From assembly GCF_004010195.1 (NCBI RefSeq), contig NC_057758.1:5327850-5389728 (forward strand): a DNA stretch of 61,879 nt, written 5' to 3'. Position 1 is the first letter of the stretch. Every line of letters begins with the position of its first letter. The notes under the pieces are model-generated. The model was given only the letters and a program-made list of their open reading frames with translations. It was not told the origin of the DNA and ran no database searches. Source of the stretch: Chiloscyllium plagiosum (lineage: Eukaryota). Both the position numbers and the translations under genes were made by a program. Below, piece by piece: positions 10,770 through 22,400 of the stretch.

Positions 10770-11890
10770 AAATCCCTAAAACGAACAACAGAATGTTCCA
10801 GACTGTTTCAAGAGGTCAAAAATAAACACCACCTTATAGTGAAACGTTCAATCCTCACTGGATACGACGATGGTGCTTGACGACTGGAGAAGGGCAAACA
10901 TTGCAGTTTCGTTTACTGAGAATCAAGGGACAGACTGAAGAGTTGAGGTTGTAATTCTGAGACACAGGTAAAACGGTCGCTGAGGAAGTCCTACCTGTCC
11001 TACCTGGCTCGAGGGGAATGTTTCGCTAAAGTGGGCGGCACGGTGGCACAGTGGTTAGCACTGCTGCCTCACAGCGCCAGAGAACCGGGTTCAATTCCCG
11101 CCTCAGGCGACACACACTGTGTGGAGTTTGCATGTTCTCCCCGTGTCTGCGTGGGTTTCCTCCGGATGCTCCGGTTTCCTCCCACAGTCCAAAGATTTGC
11201 AGGTCAGGTGAATTGGCATTGCTAAATTGCACGTAGTGTTAGGTCAGGGGTAAATGTAGGGGTATGGGTGGGTTGCGCTTCGGCGGGGCAGTGTGGACTT
11301 GTTGGGCCGAAGGGCCTGTTTCCACACTGTAAGTAATCTAAGTCTGAGAGAATCCACGACAATCGGTTTGGATTTATTCAAGGAAGATCGTGTGCAATTA
11401 ATCTGACTGCTCGTTTGAGACAGTTTCTCCTACCTTGATGTGACTTGATTGGATTTGAGAAGAGCTCACATTGCAGACTGTTTAGAAACAGAAACAATGG
11501 GGTCAAGGTGAAAGTAGCAAACCAGCCAGAGACGTGAGACGCAAGTCTTTTTGGGGACATCCCCAACCGAGAGGATTGCACATTAAATGAGATTATGGTC
11601 AGTTTCGGCAGATGCAAAAAGGTAGCTGGACGCATCAATCATCTCCTTCAGCAGAAATTTCATTAGTCCCTCTGTCAGCCAAAGTGGAGAATTTAAGAGC
11701 AGGAATGTTTTGTTAGAACTGCATAAATAATGAGTTCAGTCACAGCTTGTGTACTGTGAGCGGTCCTGGTCACCTCATCACATGCAAGGAGGGATTTTGA
11801 CTGGAGAGAGGAAAGAGGATATTACTTACCCTGCGAAAGAGAAAGCGCAGTCTTGAGGAAAGATTAGAATGAAGGATGCGGAAAGGATGA
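10770..11890 (+). mobile_element. Highly degenerate CR1 ORF2 fragments interrupted by an HE1 SINE
   Basis: gactggagaagggcaaacattgca (DWR.AN.), caaggaagatcgtgtgcaattaatctg (GRSC..NL), tgtgtactgtgagcggtcctggtcacc (YC...WSP). Confidence 0.6.
11033..11339 (+). mobile_element. Full-length young HE1 V-SINE
   Basis: A-box tggcacagtgg, B-box ggttcaattcc, V-domain, and CR1-derived tail gggccgaagggcctgtttccacactgtaagtaatcta. TSD aagtc at 10,986-10,990 and 11,340-11,344. Confidence 0.95.
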
Positions 11891-11989
11891 GAGTGCACAT
11901 ATTTTCAGGGGCATCAGTAGAAAGGGAGATACCATATTCTTCCTGTGAATAAGAAGTGTGTTTTCTCATTACACCATCCCCAATCTCCC

Positions 11990-12262
11990 TCATTAGCTAC
12001 CTTCCCTGCCCGCGTGGTTTTCCTCTGATCTGGCATTATCCCGATTATTTTCCCTTTGTTATGACAACAGCCCACTGCCTTGATATCTCAGAATGAACCG
12101 GCCTCCCTGTTACAGGTGCCATCTCTAAAATTGTCAATGTGAAACCGCCCTAAACATGACAGAGGTGGGAGCCCCCTTTGTGGGCAAACCTGTAAGGTTC
12201 TGGTGGATGGCATGGTGCAGCAGAGGGACATTACGTTCCTCCATGACACCAGACCAGCGGTA
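11990..12262 (+). mobile_element. Second Harbinger Myb/SANT 5' fragment, inverted relative to 10,380-10,660
   Basis: gttctggtggatggcatggtgcagcagagggacatt (VLVDGMVQQRDI) plus the shared upstream ccctgcccgcgtggt..tcctct. Confidence 0.65.
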
Positions 12263-13040
12263 AATATTAAATGTAATTGTTTGAAACATTCCAGAAGCAG
12301 TGAGGAAAGTTGTTATTTCAGCTATAGTATGCTAGGGATTTTGAAGTCATACACGGGAGCATAGGAGAGGCAGAAACTCTCAAACCATTTTTAACGGAGC
12401 CTAGATCGGCACCTGATGTGCGATAGTCTCCAGGGAGTAAGAACAAGGGCGTAAAACATTTTTTGTCCAATGCAGATAGTCTACAAAATGATCTCCTGTA
12501 TGTGGTGCGATTTCCTGAAGCCTTCAAAGGTTACCAATATATGATCAATGTACAGGGATAAGGCAAGAGGGCAGGGAAGATCAGTGTGAAAAGTGATTAA
12601 CATCAGAATTGTTCTGATTCCATCGTTTTCACACAATGCTACTTCACTGTGTTGGCCTGTTAATCCTTGCTGTATAAACGTTGTAAACCTTTGAATATCC
12701 AGTTCTCAGCCTTGGCCACTCTGCAGCCACATCTTCATATGACAGCTACGTCTGACTTCGTTCATACTATTTTAAACTCTCATTTCATTGGCCTTGTTGA
12801 AAAGTTTGGAAGGAATTCAGGGCTGGCAGCAAGTGATAGATAGCAGGATGGCTGTAGGGTGCAGAGGAGATTGCAGAAATAGTGAAGGATGGGGGACATT
12901 ACTGGGATACAGATTTTTTTTAGGCGCTGAAGGAGATTCAAAAGACAAGTACTTTTTTGGTTTTGGTTCAAATGAAAACTGAGATGGACCAGCCAGATCA
13001 ATATTTTGACTACAAAACCATTTTGAACAGAAGCCGTTTA

Positions 13041-13335
13041 NNNNNNNNNNNNNNNNNNNNNNNNNNNNNNNNNNNNNNNNNNNNNNNNNNNNNNNNNNNN
13101 NNNNNNNNNNNNNNNNNNNNNNNNNNNNNNNNNNNNNNNNNNNNNNNNNNNNNNNNNNNNNNNNNNNNNNNNNNNNNNNNNNNNNNNNNNNNNNNNNNNN
13201 NNNNNNNNNNNNNNNNNNNNNNNNNNNNNNNNNNNNNNNNNNNNNNNNNNNNNNNNNNNNNNNNNNNNNNNNNNNNNNNNNNNNNNNNNNNNNNNNNNNN
13301 NNNNNNNNNNNNNNNNNNNNNNNNNNNNNNNNNNN
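13041..13335. other. Assembly gap (295 N)
   Basis: N run. Confidence 1.
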
Positions 13336-13841
13336 TAGTGCGGCATATCAAGAGAAATATACTTCTGTAGGGAGAAAAATTACACACGACATTCAAATCC
13401 CTAAAACGAACAACAGAATGTTCGAGACTGTTTCAAGAGGTCAAAAATAAACATCACCTTATAGTGACCGTCCAATCCTCACTGGATATGACGATGGTGC
13501 TTGAAGACTGGAGAAGGGCAAACATTGCAGTTTTGTTTACTAAGAATCAAGGGACAGACTGAAGAGTTGAGGTTGTAACTCTGAGACACAGGTAAAACGG
13601 TCGCTGAGGAAGTCCTACCTGTCCTACCTGGCTCGAGGGGAATGTTTCGCTAAAGTGGGTGGCACGGTGGCACAGTGGTTAGCACTGCTGCCTCACAGCA
13701 CCAGAGAACCTAGTTCAATTCCCGCCTCAGGCGACACACACTGTGTGGAGTTTGCACGTTCTCCCCGTGTCTGCGTGGGTTTCCTCCGGGTGCTCCGGTT
13801 TCCTCCCACAGTCCAAAGATGTGCAGGTCAGGTGAATTGGC
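13336..13841 (+). repeat. Fourth, gap-bounded near-identical copy of 10,710-11,217, including the 5' part of the HE1 SINE (13,657-13,841)
   Basis: Direct match from tagtgcggcatat..agagaaatatacttctg through ggtcaggtgaattggc, with scattered substitutions. Confidence 0.9.
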
Positions 13842-14341
13842 NNNNNNNNNNNNNNNNNNNNNNNNNNNNNNNNNNNNNNNNNNNNNNNNNNNNNNNNNNN
13901 NNNNNNNNNNNNNNNNNNNNNNNNNNNNNNNNNNNNNNNNNNNNNNNNNNNNNNNNNNNNNNNNNNNNNNNNNNNNNNNNNNNNNNNNNNNNNNNNNNNN
14001 NNNNNNNNNNNNNNNNNNNNNNNNNNNNNNNNNNNNNNNNNNNNNNNNNNNNNNNNNNNNNNNNNNNNNNNNNNNNNNNNNNNNNNNNNNNNNNNNNNNN
14101 NNNNNNNNNNNNNNNNNNNNNNNNNNNNNNNNNNNNNNNNNNNNNNNNNNNNNNNNNNNNNNNNNNNNNNNNNNNNNNNNNNNNNNNNNNNNNNNNNNNN
14201 NNNNNNNNNNNNNNNNNNNNNNNNNNNNNNNNNNNNNNNNNNNNNNNNNNNNNNNNNNNNNNNNNNNNNNNNNNNNNNNNNNNNNNNNNNNNNNNNNNNN
14301 NNNNNNNNNNNNNNNNNNNNNNNNNNNNNNNNNNNNNNNNN
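13842..14341. other. Scaffolding gap (exactly 500 N)
   Basis: Round-number N run, typical of an unsized scaffold join. Confidence 1.
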
Positions 14342-15074
14342 CAAAACTAATTGACACAATTTATCTTCATAACCTGTGTTGGGTCCCACAACACGGTCTG
14401 TATCTGTAATTATTTCAATGCCCCATAACCCTCTATATCATGAACCAAATCCATCCATATTACCTCCCTAACTATGTGAAATCCTCTTGCCCCAGCAATT
14501 CATACTGGGTTCATAATGTCAATCAGGCCCTTATCAAAATTCATGTCTGCCATTATGTCGAGCATTTAACTCTTGCTTATCACCTCATTAAAGACTAATA
14601 ATGATTCCGCTTCTGACAAAACTCCTCCCGCTAAGAGAACCCTTGCTCTTCCTTTAATACCTGCTTCAACATTTCGATAGTCCTTGTCAGTTTGTAAAAC
14701 GCTCTGTTTTCAGAATTATTAGACTTTTTTGACTGTCATTGAAGCCGCTTTTAATCTAATACATGATCTTGAAAGATCTGAGGGAGCCAATGATTGGTCT
14801 TTCTTACTGAAGTTTTGTCCGTGTCAATGGAATGCCCTTCCGTTGACTATTTTCTTGCTGTTAACTTAGAGCAATGCATTTCAGTCCGGAAACTCTGTTA
14901 TCCTTGGGCAATTCTCCTTTCATATCCATGTAGCTTGCTTTTTTTTAATTTCAGACATATGGGGGAGCTTGGAGTGCTCAGTGTGAAACTTCATGGTCCA
15001 TTTGAATTCTATCTTATCACCCAACGCTCCAAGGCTTGTATTACTCATGAATGAGAATAAATAATAGTGATCAA

Positions 15075-16270
15075 TGGCTCCATCATCAACCCATTCCCTG
15101 TTTGGACCGGTGTCAAGCATTGTACCACATTGTTCCCAATCTACCTTTTTGCAATGTTTCACCTCACCGTCGACAAGCTTCCCGCTGGAGTGGTGCTAAA
15201 CTCCAGTCCCAACAGGAATTATTCATGATCCCAACGCCTTTAAAATTAAAACCAAAATCACCCCAACCAAGTGCCATCGAGCTGCAGTACGTAGATGGTG
15301 TTTTTACGTGTGGATGCAATCTGAGGGTATTCTCAAGACCATTGTCAGCAGCTTTACGGGGACATAGGATAACATGGACCTCGTCCTGAACATCGACAAG
15401 ACACAGGTTCACAAGTAAACTGGCTCGGTATTGCAGAGTGAATCCCCGATTATCAATGTTCACAGGGAGGCCTTGGACCTTCCAACCCCTCCGGAGTACC
15501 GTGTCGACCACAGCAAGGATTGCAAAGAGAACCAACACTGCCTCCAGTGTGCAAGGACCGCCCTCTGCAGTCTGAGGGAAAGGGTGTTCGAGGACAACAA
15601 TAGCAGATCCAACCACAAACTCATATTATACCGAGCAATGGAGATATCCAACCTCCTATGTGTTTCTGAGACGTGGACTGTCTGAAGCAGGAACATCAAG
15701 GTGCTGAAGCATTCCCATCAATGCTGCCTGTGCAAGAACCTGTGAATCAGTTGGGAAGACAGATTCACCAACACCAGCGTCGTCGACCAGGCCATCATCC
15801 CCAGCATCGAGGCACTAACACACCACCCCCGGTCAGCTGAAATGGGTTGGGTACATCGTCTCCATTACTGACACTAGACTCTCCCAGAGACTCTCTGCTC
15901 TACGCCCAGCTCTGAAACGGCAGGCGAGAACCAGGTGGACAGAGGAAGTGCTCCAGCAAGACCCTCAAGATCTCAGTGGGGAAGTGAGGCATCTGGGAAT
16001 CACTGGGCCAATGCCGTCCAAAATTTGGGTGGAACATTGGGAAAGTCCCGAACACCTTGAGACTTGCTGTTGGGGAAAAAAAGGGGAATCCAGGAGCAAA
16101 CAGCACAAGGAGCGCGCTGGCACACCAACGCCCCACCCATCCGTTCCCACGGCTACCTTTGGCCCCAAGTGTAACAGAGTCTGTGGAAGACCTCATCCGT
16201 CTCTCAGCCAACTACAGACACTGCCTGCCAGTGGGAACAGACAGCATCGGCTGTGACCCATCGTCAATGA
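15075..16270 (+). mobile_element. RTE-clade LINE (RTE/BovB-like), 3' half, degenerate
   Basis: TGVK..C.IVP.LF; SAIELQYVD (from YADD); HCLQCARTALCSLRERVFED...KLILYRA...LLCVSETWTV; HQCCLCK; C-terminal C..C motif. Confidence 0.85.
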
Positions 16271-16669
16271 GATGATGAGATCGGAAGAGTGGATCCTGTC
16301 ACAATTATCACAGTGCCTCTGTTAGAAATTCAAATAATTTCCTGTTTATGCAGTATCTCAATGCAATGCTGTAAAGTGGCTTAAAAACGTCCTTCCACGT
16401 CTGTGTTCTGACCTTCATTTTACTATAATCTATGTGCCTATCTAACACCACCACCTGTCTCCAACTTTCAAGCCAATTTTTCCATCCATTTGGCTAGCTC
16501 TACTGTTCGCATATGATCTAACCTTACTAACCAGTGTCACCTGGAAAACCCTGTCCAATTCCTTACTGAATTAGCTATAGAGAGAGTCTTCTGCTCTGCC
16601 TTCATCTATCTTCTTAGTGAACTCATCAGCAAACTCAATTATGTTCATGAGATAGTGCTTTGTATCCAC

Positions 16670-17458
16670 CGACACCTACAAATGGACCCCACCATCAGGG
16701 ATACATTTCCCTCCCCAAACGTATCCATTTTCTGCAAAGACGGTTCCCTCCGTGACCACTTGGTCAAGTCCATGCCCCCGAACAAGCCACACTAAACTCC
16801 TGGTACTTTCCCCTGCCGCGGCACATCCATCAAAGTTTCATCTGCACTTCCAGATATGTCGATTATTGTATTCGTTGCTGCCGATGCTGTCTCCTTTACA
16901 TTGTGCAGATTGGACGCCTTCTCGCAGAGTGCTTTACAGAACATCTCCAGGACAATTGCTCCAAAGAACCCCACCGCCCCCTGTCTGAACCTTTCAACTC
17001 TCCCTCCCATTCTTCCGATGGCATGCAGGTCCTAAGTCTTCTCCATCATCACTCCCTTACCACCCGACGCCTGGAGGAAATGCGCCTTATCTTCTGCCAC
17101 GGAACACTCCAGCTCCAGGGCATCAATGTGGACTTAAACAGTTTCAGCATTTCCCTTAACCCAGTTCCAACCATCCAGTTCAGTATCACCCTCATGACCT
17201 GTCCCACTTGTCAATCGACCTTCCCACTTATCTGCTCTACCCTCCTCTCCAACCTATCACCTTTACCCCGACCTCCATGGACCTATTGCACTCTGAACTA
17301 CTTCCCCCCCACCCCCCAGCCCCGCCGCCTCCCATCTGTCTCTCCACCCCCGAGGCTCCCAGCCTCATTCCTGATGAAAGGCTTTGGGCCAAAACGTCCA
17401 TTTTCCTGCTCCTGGGATGCTGGCTGACCTGCTGTGCTTTTCTAGCAACACACTCTCA
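16670..17458 (+). mobile_element. Penelope-like element 3' part: GIY-YIG endonuclease plus pLTR end
   Basis: SFICTSRYVDYCIRCCRCCLLYIVQIGRLLAECFTEHL...RRLEEMRLIFCHGTLQLQGINVD; ends ctgatgaaaggctttgggccaaaacgtc...gctgtgcttttctagc. Confidence 0.85.
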
Positions 17459-17459
17459 A

Positions 17460-18800
17460 CCCATGCACAAAGTTGTGCCGACTATCCCTCATCAATGCTT
17501 GCCTCTCCAAATGTACGTGATTCCTGTCCAGCAGAATCGCTTCCAACAAAGCACGCACCACTGAAATCAAGCTAATTGGTCTTTGGATCTCTGGCTTTCA
17601 CTTGCAGGCTTTGTTTTCAAATAACTTGCTGTCACAACATTAGCCAACCTCTAGGATGACAGCGCATCACCTGTGGCTGTCAGTAGAAATATCCCTAAGG
17701 GGCTGCGAAATTTCTTCCTGAGCTTTCCACAATGATCCCGGATATACGTGATTCATTCCCAAGGATTTGGCTATATTTTATGCATTTCAGAAACTCCAGT
17801 GCGTCCTGTTCTGTAATGTGAACTCTTTTGGAGACATAATTCTTTATTTGCCTGACTTCCCCAGTTTTTCTCCACAATGTCGTGAAATTTTCGATTAGGT
17901 TCCCATCCATTTCCTGTGGTTCCACGCATTGATGCCTCATTGGTCTTTAAGGGACCACATGCTGTCAAAAGTTAATCGTTAGTTGTTAATATACATGTAG
18001 CATCACTTTGGATTTTCATGATCCTGATCCGCCAACCCTTTCTCAGGTCCCCTGTTTGCCCGTGTTAAGTGTACTACTACACCTGCAATGTTATTCAAGT
18101 GATTCACGTAATCCCGCTGACGATATATGTTGTGTGCCCCCTTTTTCTTGACTCGAGCCTCAATATGCACAGTCATCCAGTATTTCCTCCGTGTCAGCAT
18201 TGTCCTTCATACTAACAGGAATATGCTTACCATGAACTCTCGTTGTTTCTCTATTTTGAAAGCTTCCCACTTGCCACACGGCCTTTTACCTGCAAATAGC
18301 CTACAGTAAATAACGTTTGAAAGGTCTTGACTAATAATTTCTGGATTGCGGCAAGCCCAATTTTGCTCTTCAACTTGTGGACCAGGCCTGTTCTTTTCTA
18401 TAACTATTTTCAAACTAATAGAATTGTGATCACTTTGCCAAAATGCTTCCGCACTAACACCTCAGTCCCTTTTCCCTAATTGTTTCCGAAGGGGAGGCCA
18501 AGTTTTGGCCCTTTCTCTAGTCCACCTATTTACATATTGACTGAGGCAGTTTTCTTGACCATAATTAACAAATTCCGCCCATTCAAGCTCTGAACACTCT
18601 TGCATTCCCAGTCTTGATTTGGAACGTAATAACTCTCTCATTCTTGCAGGTATCTGAGATCTCCTGACATGTTTGCTGCTCAAATTCCCGCTGACTGTTG
18701 AGGGCCTGTCGTACAGTCATGTGAAAGAGATCATCCATTCTCACTTCTCAGTTCTAATAAATGGTTTCACTGGGCGATCCCCAGGATTATCCTCAAGTGG
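17460..18800 (-). mobile_element. Degenerate CR1 ORF2 fragment(s)
   Basis: Minus-strand remnants RGPEKGLA, GKRPCGKWEAFK, LSQYVNRWTRERA, ITEQDALEFLKCIK. Confidence 0.7.
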
Positions 18801-18819
18801 GGGTCGGGTTGTACTGGAA

Positions 18820-19439
18820 CCAGAGATGCACGAGTATCCTTGGGACAACATTTGCTATTTTTAACTAGGAAGCATTAAATTAGTTTGGCAGGGGGGTGGA
18901 ACTCTGACGAAGAGAGGGTCGATCGACCTGTGAGGGGAAAATACATCAGCCATCGACAGGAGGATTACTGTTCAGGAGATCCAGGGGTACTGCAAAGGGA
19001 GGAAAAAGATGTCTGATTTAAAGTGCATTTATTTCACCACACACAGCCTGATTGATAAGGCATTCAATCTCAGAGGATGGATTGACTCTGGGATGGGGAT
19101 ATTATAGCCATAACAGAAACATGGCTGAGAGAAGGGCAGGACTGGTAGATTAGTTTTCCAGGATAGAGAAGCTGCAGGCATGACAGAAATCAAGCAAGTG
19201 AGGAGGGGATGATGTCTTGTTGATAAGGGAGGAAATAACGTCAGAGCTAAGAGATGATACACTAAAGGTATCTTTTAATGAGGCAATGTGTTTAGAATTT
19301 AGAAACAAAACGGGGATGGTCACTCTGTTGGGACTGTATGATAGACCATCAAATAGCAAACAAGTACTAGAGGAGCAGATGCTTCGTGAAACTGCAATTT
19401 CCTATAAGAATATGAGAGTAGTATTCGTTGGAGATTTTA
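18820..19439 (+). mobile_element. Old CR1 endonuclease domain, left part (continues at 24,581)
   Basis: GWDIIAITETWL; EAMCLEFRNKTGMVTLLGLYDRPSNS...RVVFVGDF. Confidence 0.85.
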
Positions 19440-19455
19440 GATTAGATTAGATTAG

Positions 19456-22400
19456 GTTTTGACAGATCGGCGAGGAGAGAATTTGGAGTGAAACGAGTGC
19501 TGCCGGGAAGGGTAAGCTTTCCCGCTTAAAAAGGGACTTATCTCGGGAGTCGGGCTTCCATTTTTACAGAGCGGTGAGGAGATACGGTTGACTGAAGCGA
19601 GGGCTGCCGGGAAGCTATGGGCTTAATTTATATTTGGGCAGTGTCTAAACCCGAGATACGACACGTGTAGTGTCTCCCTCCCCTTCCCCCCTCCAGCTGG
19701 TAGAAAACGACTCTGTAAGTAATACTTTTTTTTATCTTTCTTTTTCATATATTTAAGTGCATTGTTTAATTTTACTTCTTATAAAGCTAAGCTTACAATG
19801 GCAGGGGCCCTCAGACCCATGGCATGTACTTCTCGCTTGATGTGGGAGCTTAGGAACGTGTCTGACGTTCCTGACTCTTTTAATTGCTAGAAGTGTGTCC
19901 AGCTGCAGCTCTTGCTTGACCGCATGACGGCTCTGGAGCTGCGGATGGACTCACTGTGGAGCATCCGTGATGCTGAGGAGGTCGTGGATAGCACGTTTAG
20001 TGAACTGGTCACACTGCAGTTTAGACTTGCTGAGAGAGACAAAAAATGGGTGACCAATAGGTAGAAAATGAGTAGGAAAGCAGTGTAGTGCCGATGTCCC
20101 TTGCAGTCATCTCCCTCCAATCATGTATACTGTTTTGGATACTGTTGGGGGAGATGACACATCAGGGGAGGGCAGCAGTTGCCAGTATCATGGCACCGTG
20201 GTGGGCATTCTGTTCAGAAGGGGGGAGAAAGACCCGCAGGACCATAGTGATAGTGGATTCCATTGCCAGGGGAGTAGATAGGCGGTTCTGTGCCCAGTAA
20301 AACGACTCCCGGATGGTATGATGCCTCCCAAGTGCTCGGCTCAGGGATGTCACCGATCGGCTGCAGAGCTTTCTAAAAGGGAGGATGAACAGCTAATTGT
20401 CTTCGTGCATATAGGCACCAAAGATATGAGTATAAAACGAGATGAGGTCCTGAAAGAAGAATTCAGGGAGGTCGGGGAGAAGTTGAAGAGGAGGACCTCA
20501 AACGTAGTGATCTCGGGATGACTACCACTGCCACGTTCGAGCTTGCGTAGAAATGACAAAATAGGCAGGATGAACACGTGGCTTGAGAGATGGTGTAGGA
20601 GGGAAGTGTTCAGATTTGTTGGACATTGGGACCGGTTTTGGGGAAGCTGGGACTATTACAAAATGGACAGTCTACATCTAAACTAGACTGAAACAAATGT
20701 CCTGGGGGAGTGTTTTCTACTCCTGTTGGGGAGGATTTCTACTAATGTGGCAGTGAGCTGGGAACCAGAAGGGAAAACATGTAGAGGTGAAGACTGGAGA
20801 CTGTAAGATTTATGAAGATAGCATTAATAAAAGAAAGATAGGCAGAGAGCAGATGAGTGCAAAAAACTGGTGCCATGAAATGCATCTACTTTCATGCAAG
20901 GAGTATAGTTTGTAAGGCAAATGAACTGAAGGCTTGGATTGATGCCTGGGAGTATGATATTACAATCGCAGAGACTTGGTTGAAGGAACGGCATGATGAT
21001 TGATAATTAAATATTCCAAGATACAGACGCTTCAGATAGGCCAGGGAGGGAAGTAAAAGGGTGGGTGGGGCGGGGGGGGTCGAGTTGCATTACTGGTTAA
21101 GGACGATATCATGGCTGTGCCAGGGGAGCACACTATGAAGTTTCTTGGGTATTGAGGCATTGTGGGTAGACTGGAGAAATACGAAGGGTGCAGTCACACT
21201 GGGGCGACATTACAGGCCTCCCAACCGTGAGCGTGAGGTGGAAGAACAAATAGGTTAAGAGATTATGGAAAGATGTAGAGGCAATGCAGTAGTGGTGATG
21301 GGAGATTTTAATTTTCCCAACATTGATTGGGATACACTTAACGTCAGAAGTCTGGATGGGGTCGACTTTGTAAGGAGCGTCCAGGGGAGTTTTCTAGAAC
21401 AGTGTGTCGACAGTCCGACGAGGGAAGAGACTATGTTGGACCTGGTACTGGAGAACGAGGCAGGACAGGTTGTGGAAGTTAGGGTAAGGGATTTCTTTGG
21501 GAACAGTGACCACAATTCTGCAAGTTTTAGAATATAAGGTAGAGAGTGGTCTTAAACAGAACCAAGGCCAATTATATCAAAATTAGGGAGGAGCTCGGAA
21601 ATGTGAATTGGACACAGTTTGTGAAGGGAACTCCACATTTGAGATGTGGGAGGCTATCAAAGATGGGTTAAAGTGCAGGATGGCAATGTTCCGTTGAAGG
21701 CAAAGGATAGGAAGGGCAAGATTAGTGAACCGTGGATGACAGGACAAATTGTACGACAAGCCAAGAGGGAAATGAAAGCATACATATGGTCGAGGTAGCT
21801 AAGAACATAACGGGCCCTGGAAGAATGTTGGAAGAGTAGGACAAGTCTTAAACGAGGAATCAAGTGGGTAAAGTGGGTCATGAAATAGTTTTGGTGAGCA
21901 GAATTAAGGGGAAACCCAACGCATTCTTATAGCGAATGCAATGTTGTCTCTTATCTCAAGAGGGTTGGAATATAAAAGCAGAGATGTACTACTAAGACTT
22001 TATAAAGCTCTGGTTAGGCCCCATTTGGAGTACTGTGTCCAGTTTTGGTCCCAACACCTCAGGAAGGACATACTGGCACTGGAACGTGTCCAGCGGAGAT
22101 TCACACGGATGATCCCTGGAATGACAGGTCTAACATTTGAGGAACGGCTGAGGATACTGGGATTGTATTCGTTGGAGTTTAGAAGATTAAGGGGAGACTT
22201 AATAGAGACGTACAAAATAATACATGGCTTGGAAAAGGTGGATGCTAGGAAATTGTTTCCGTTAGACGAGGAGACTAGGACCCGTGGACACAGCCTTAGA
22301 ATTAGAGGGGGTCATTTCAGAACAGAAATGCGGAGAGATTTCTTCAGCCAGAGAGTGGTGGGCCTGTGGAATTCATTGCCACGGAGTGCAGTGGAAGCCG

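Larger units (their letters stand above)
243..13040 (+). repeat. Segmental-duplication copy U1; inverted paralog of about 37,400-47,978
   Basis: Colinear reverse-complement matches: ORF 435-641(+) with 47577-47783(-); SINE 3615-3889 with 46327-46605; CR1 7250-9125 with 40930-42830; ORF 12780-13001(-) with the 37389-37655(+) tail (QPSCYLSLAA.PEFLPNFSTRPMK). Roughly 80-90% identity by eye. Confidence 0.92.

Noticed and set aside
11033..11105. tRNA-like A/B boxes
   Set aside because: This is the head of the HE1 SINE, not a tRNA gene.
12957..14409. Long ORFs of 100-230 aa here and at 47,895-48,594
   Set aside because: Artefacts of translating through N gaps.
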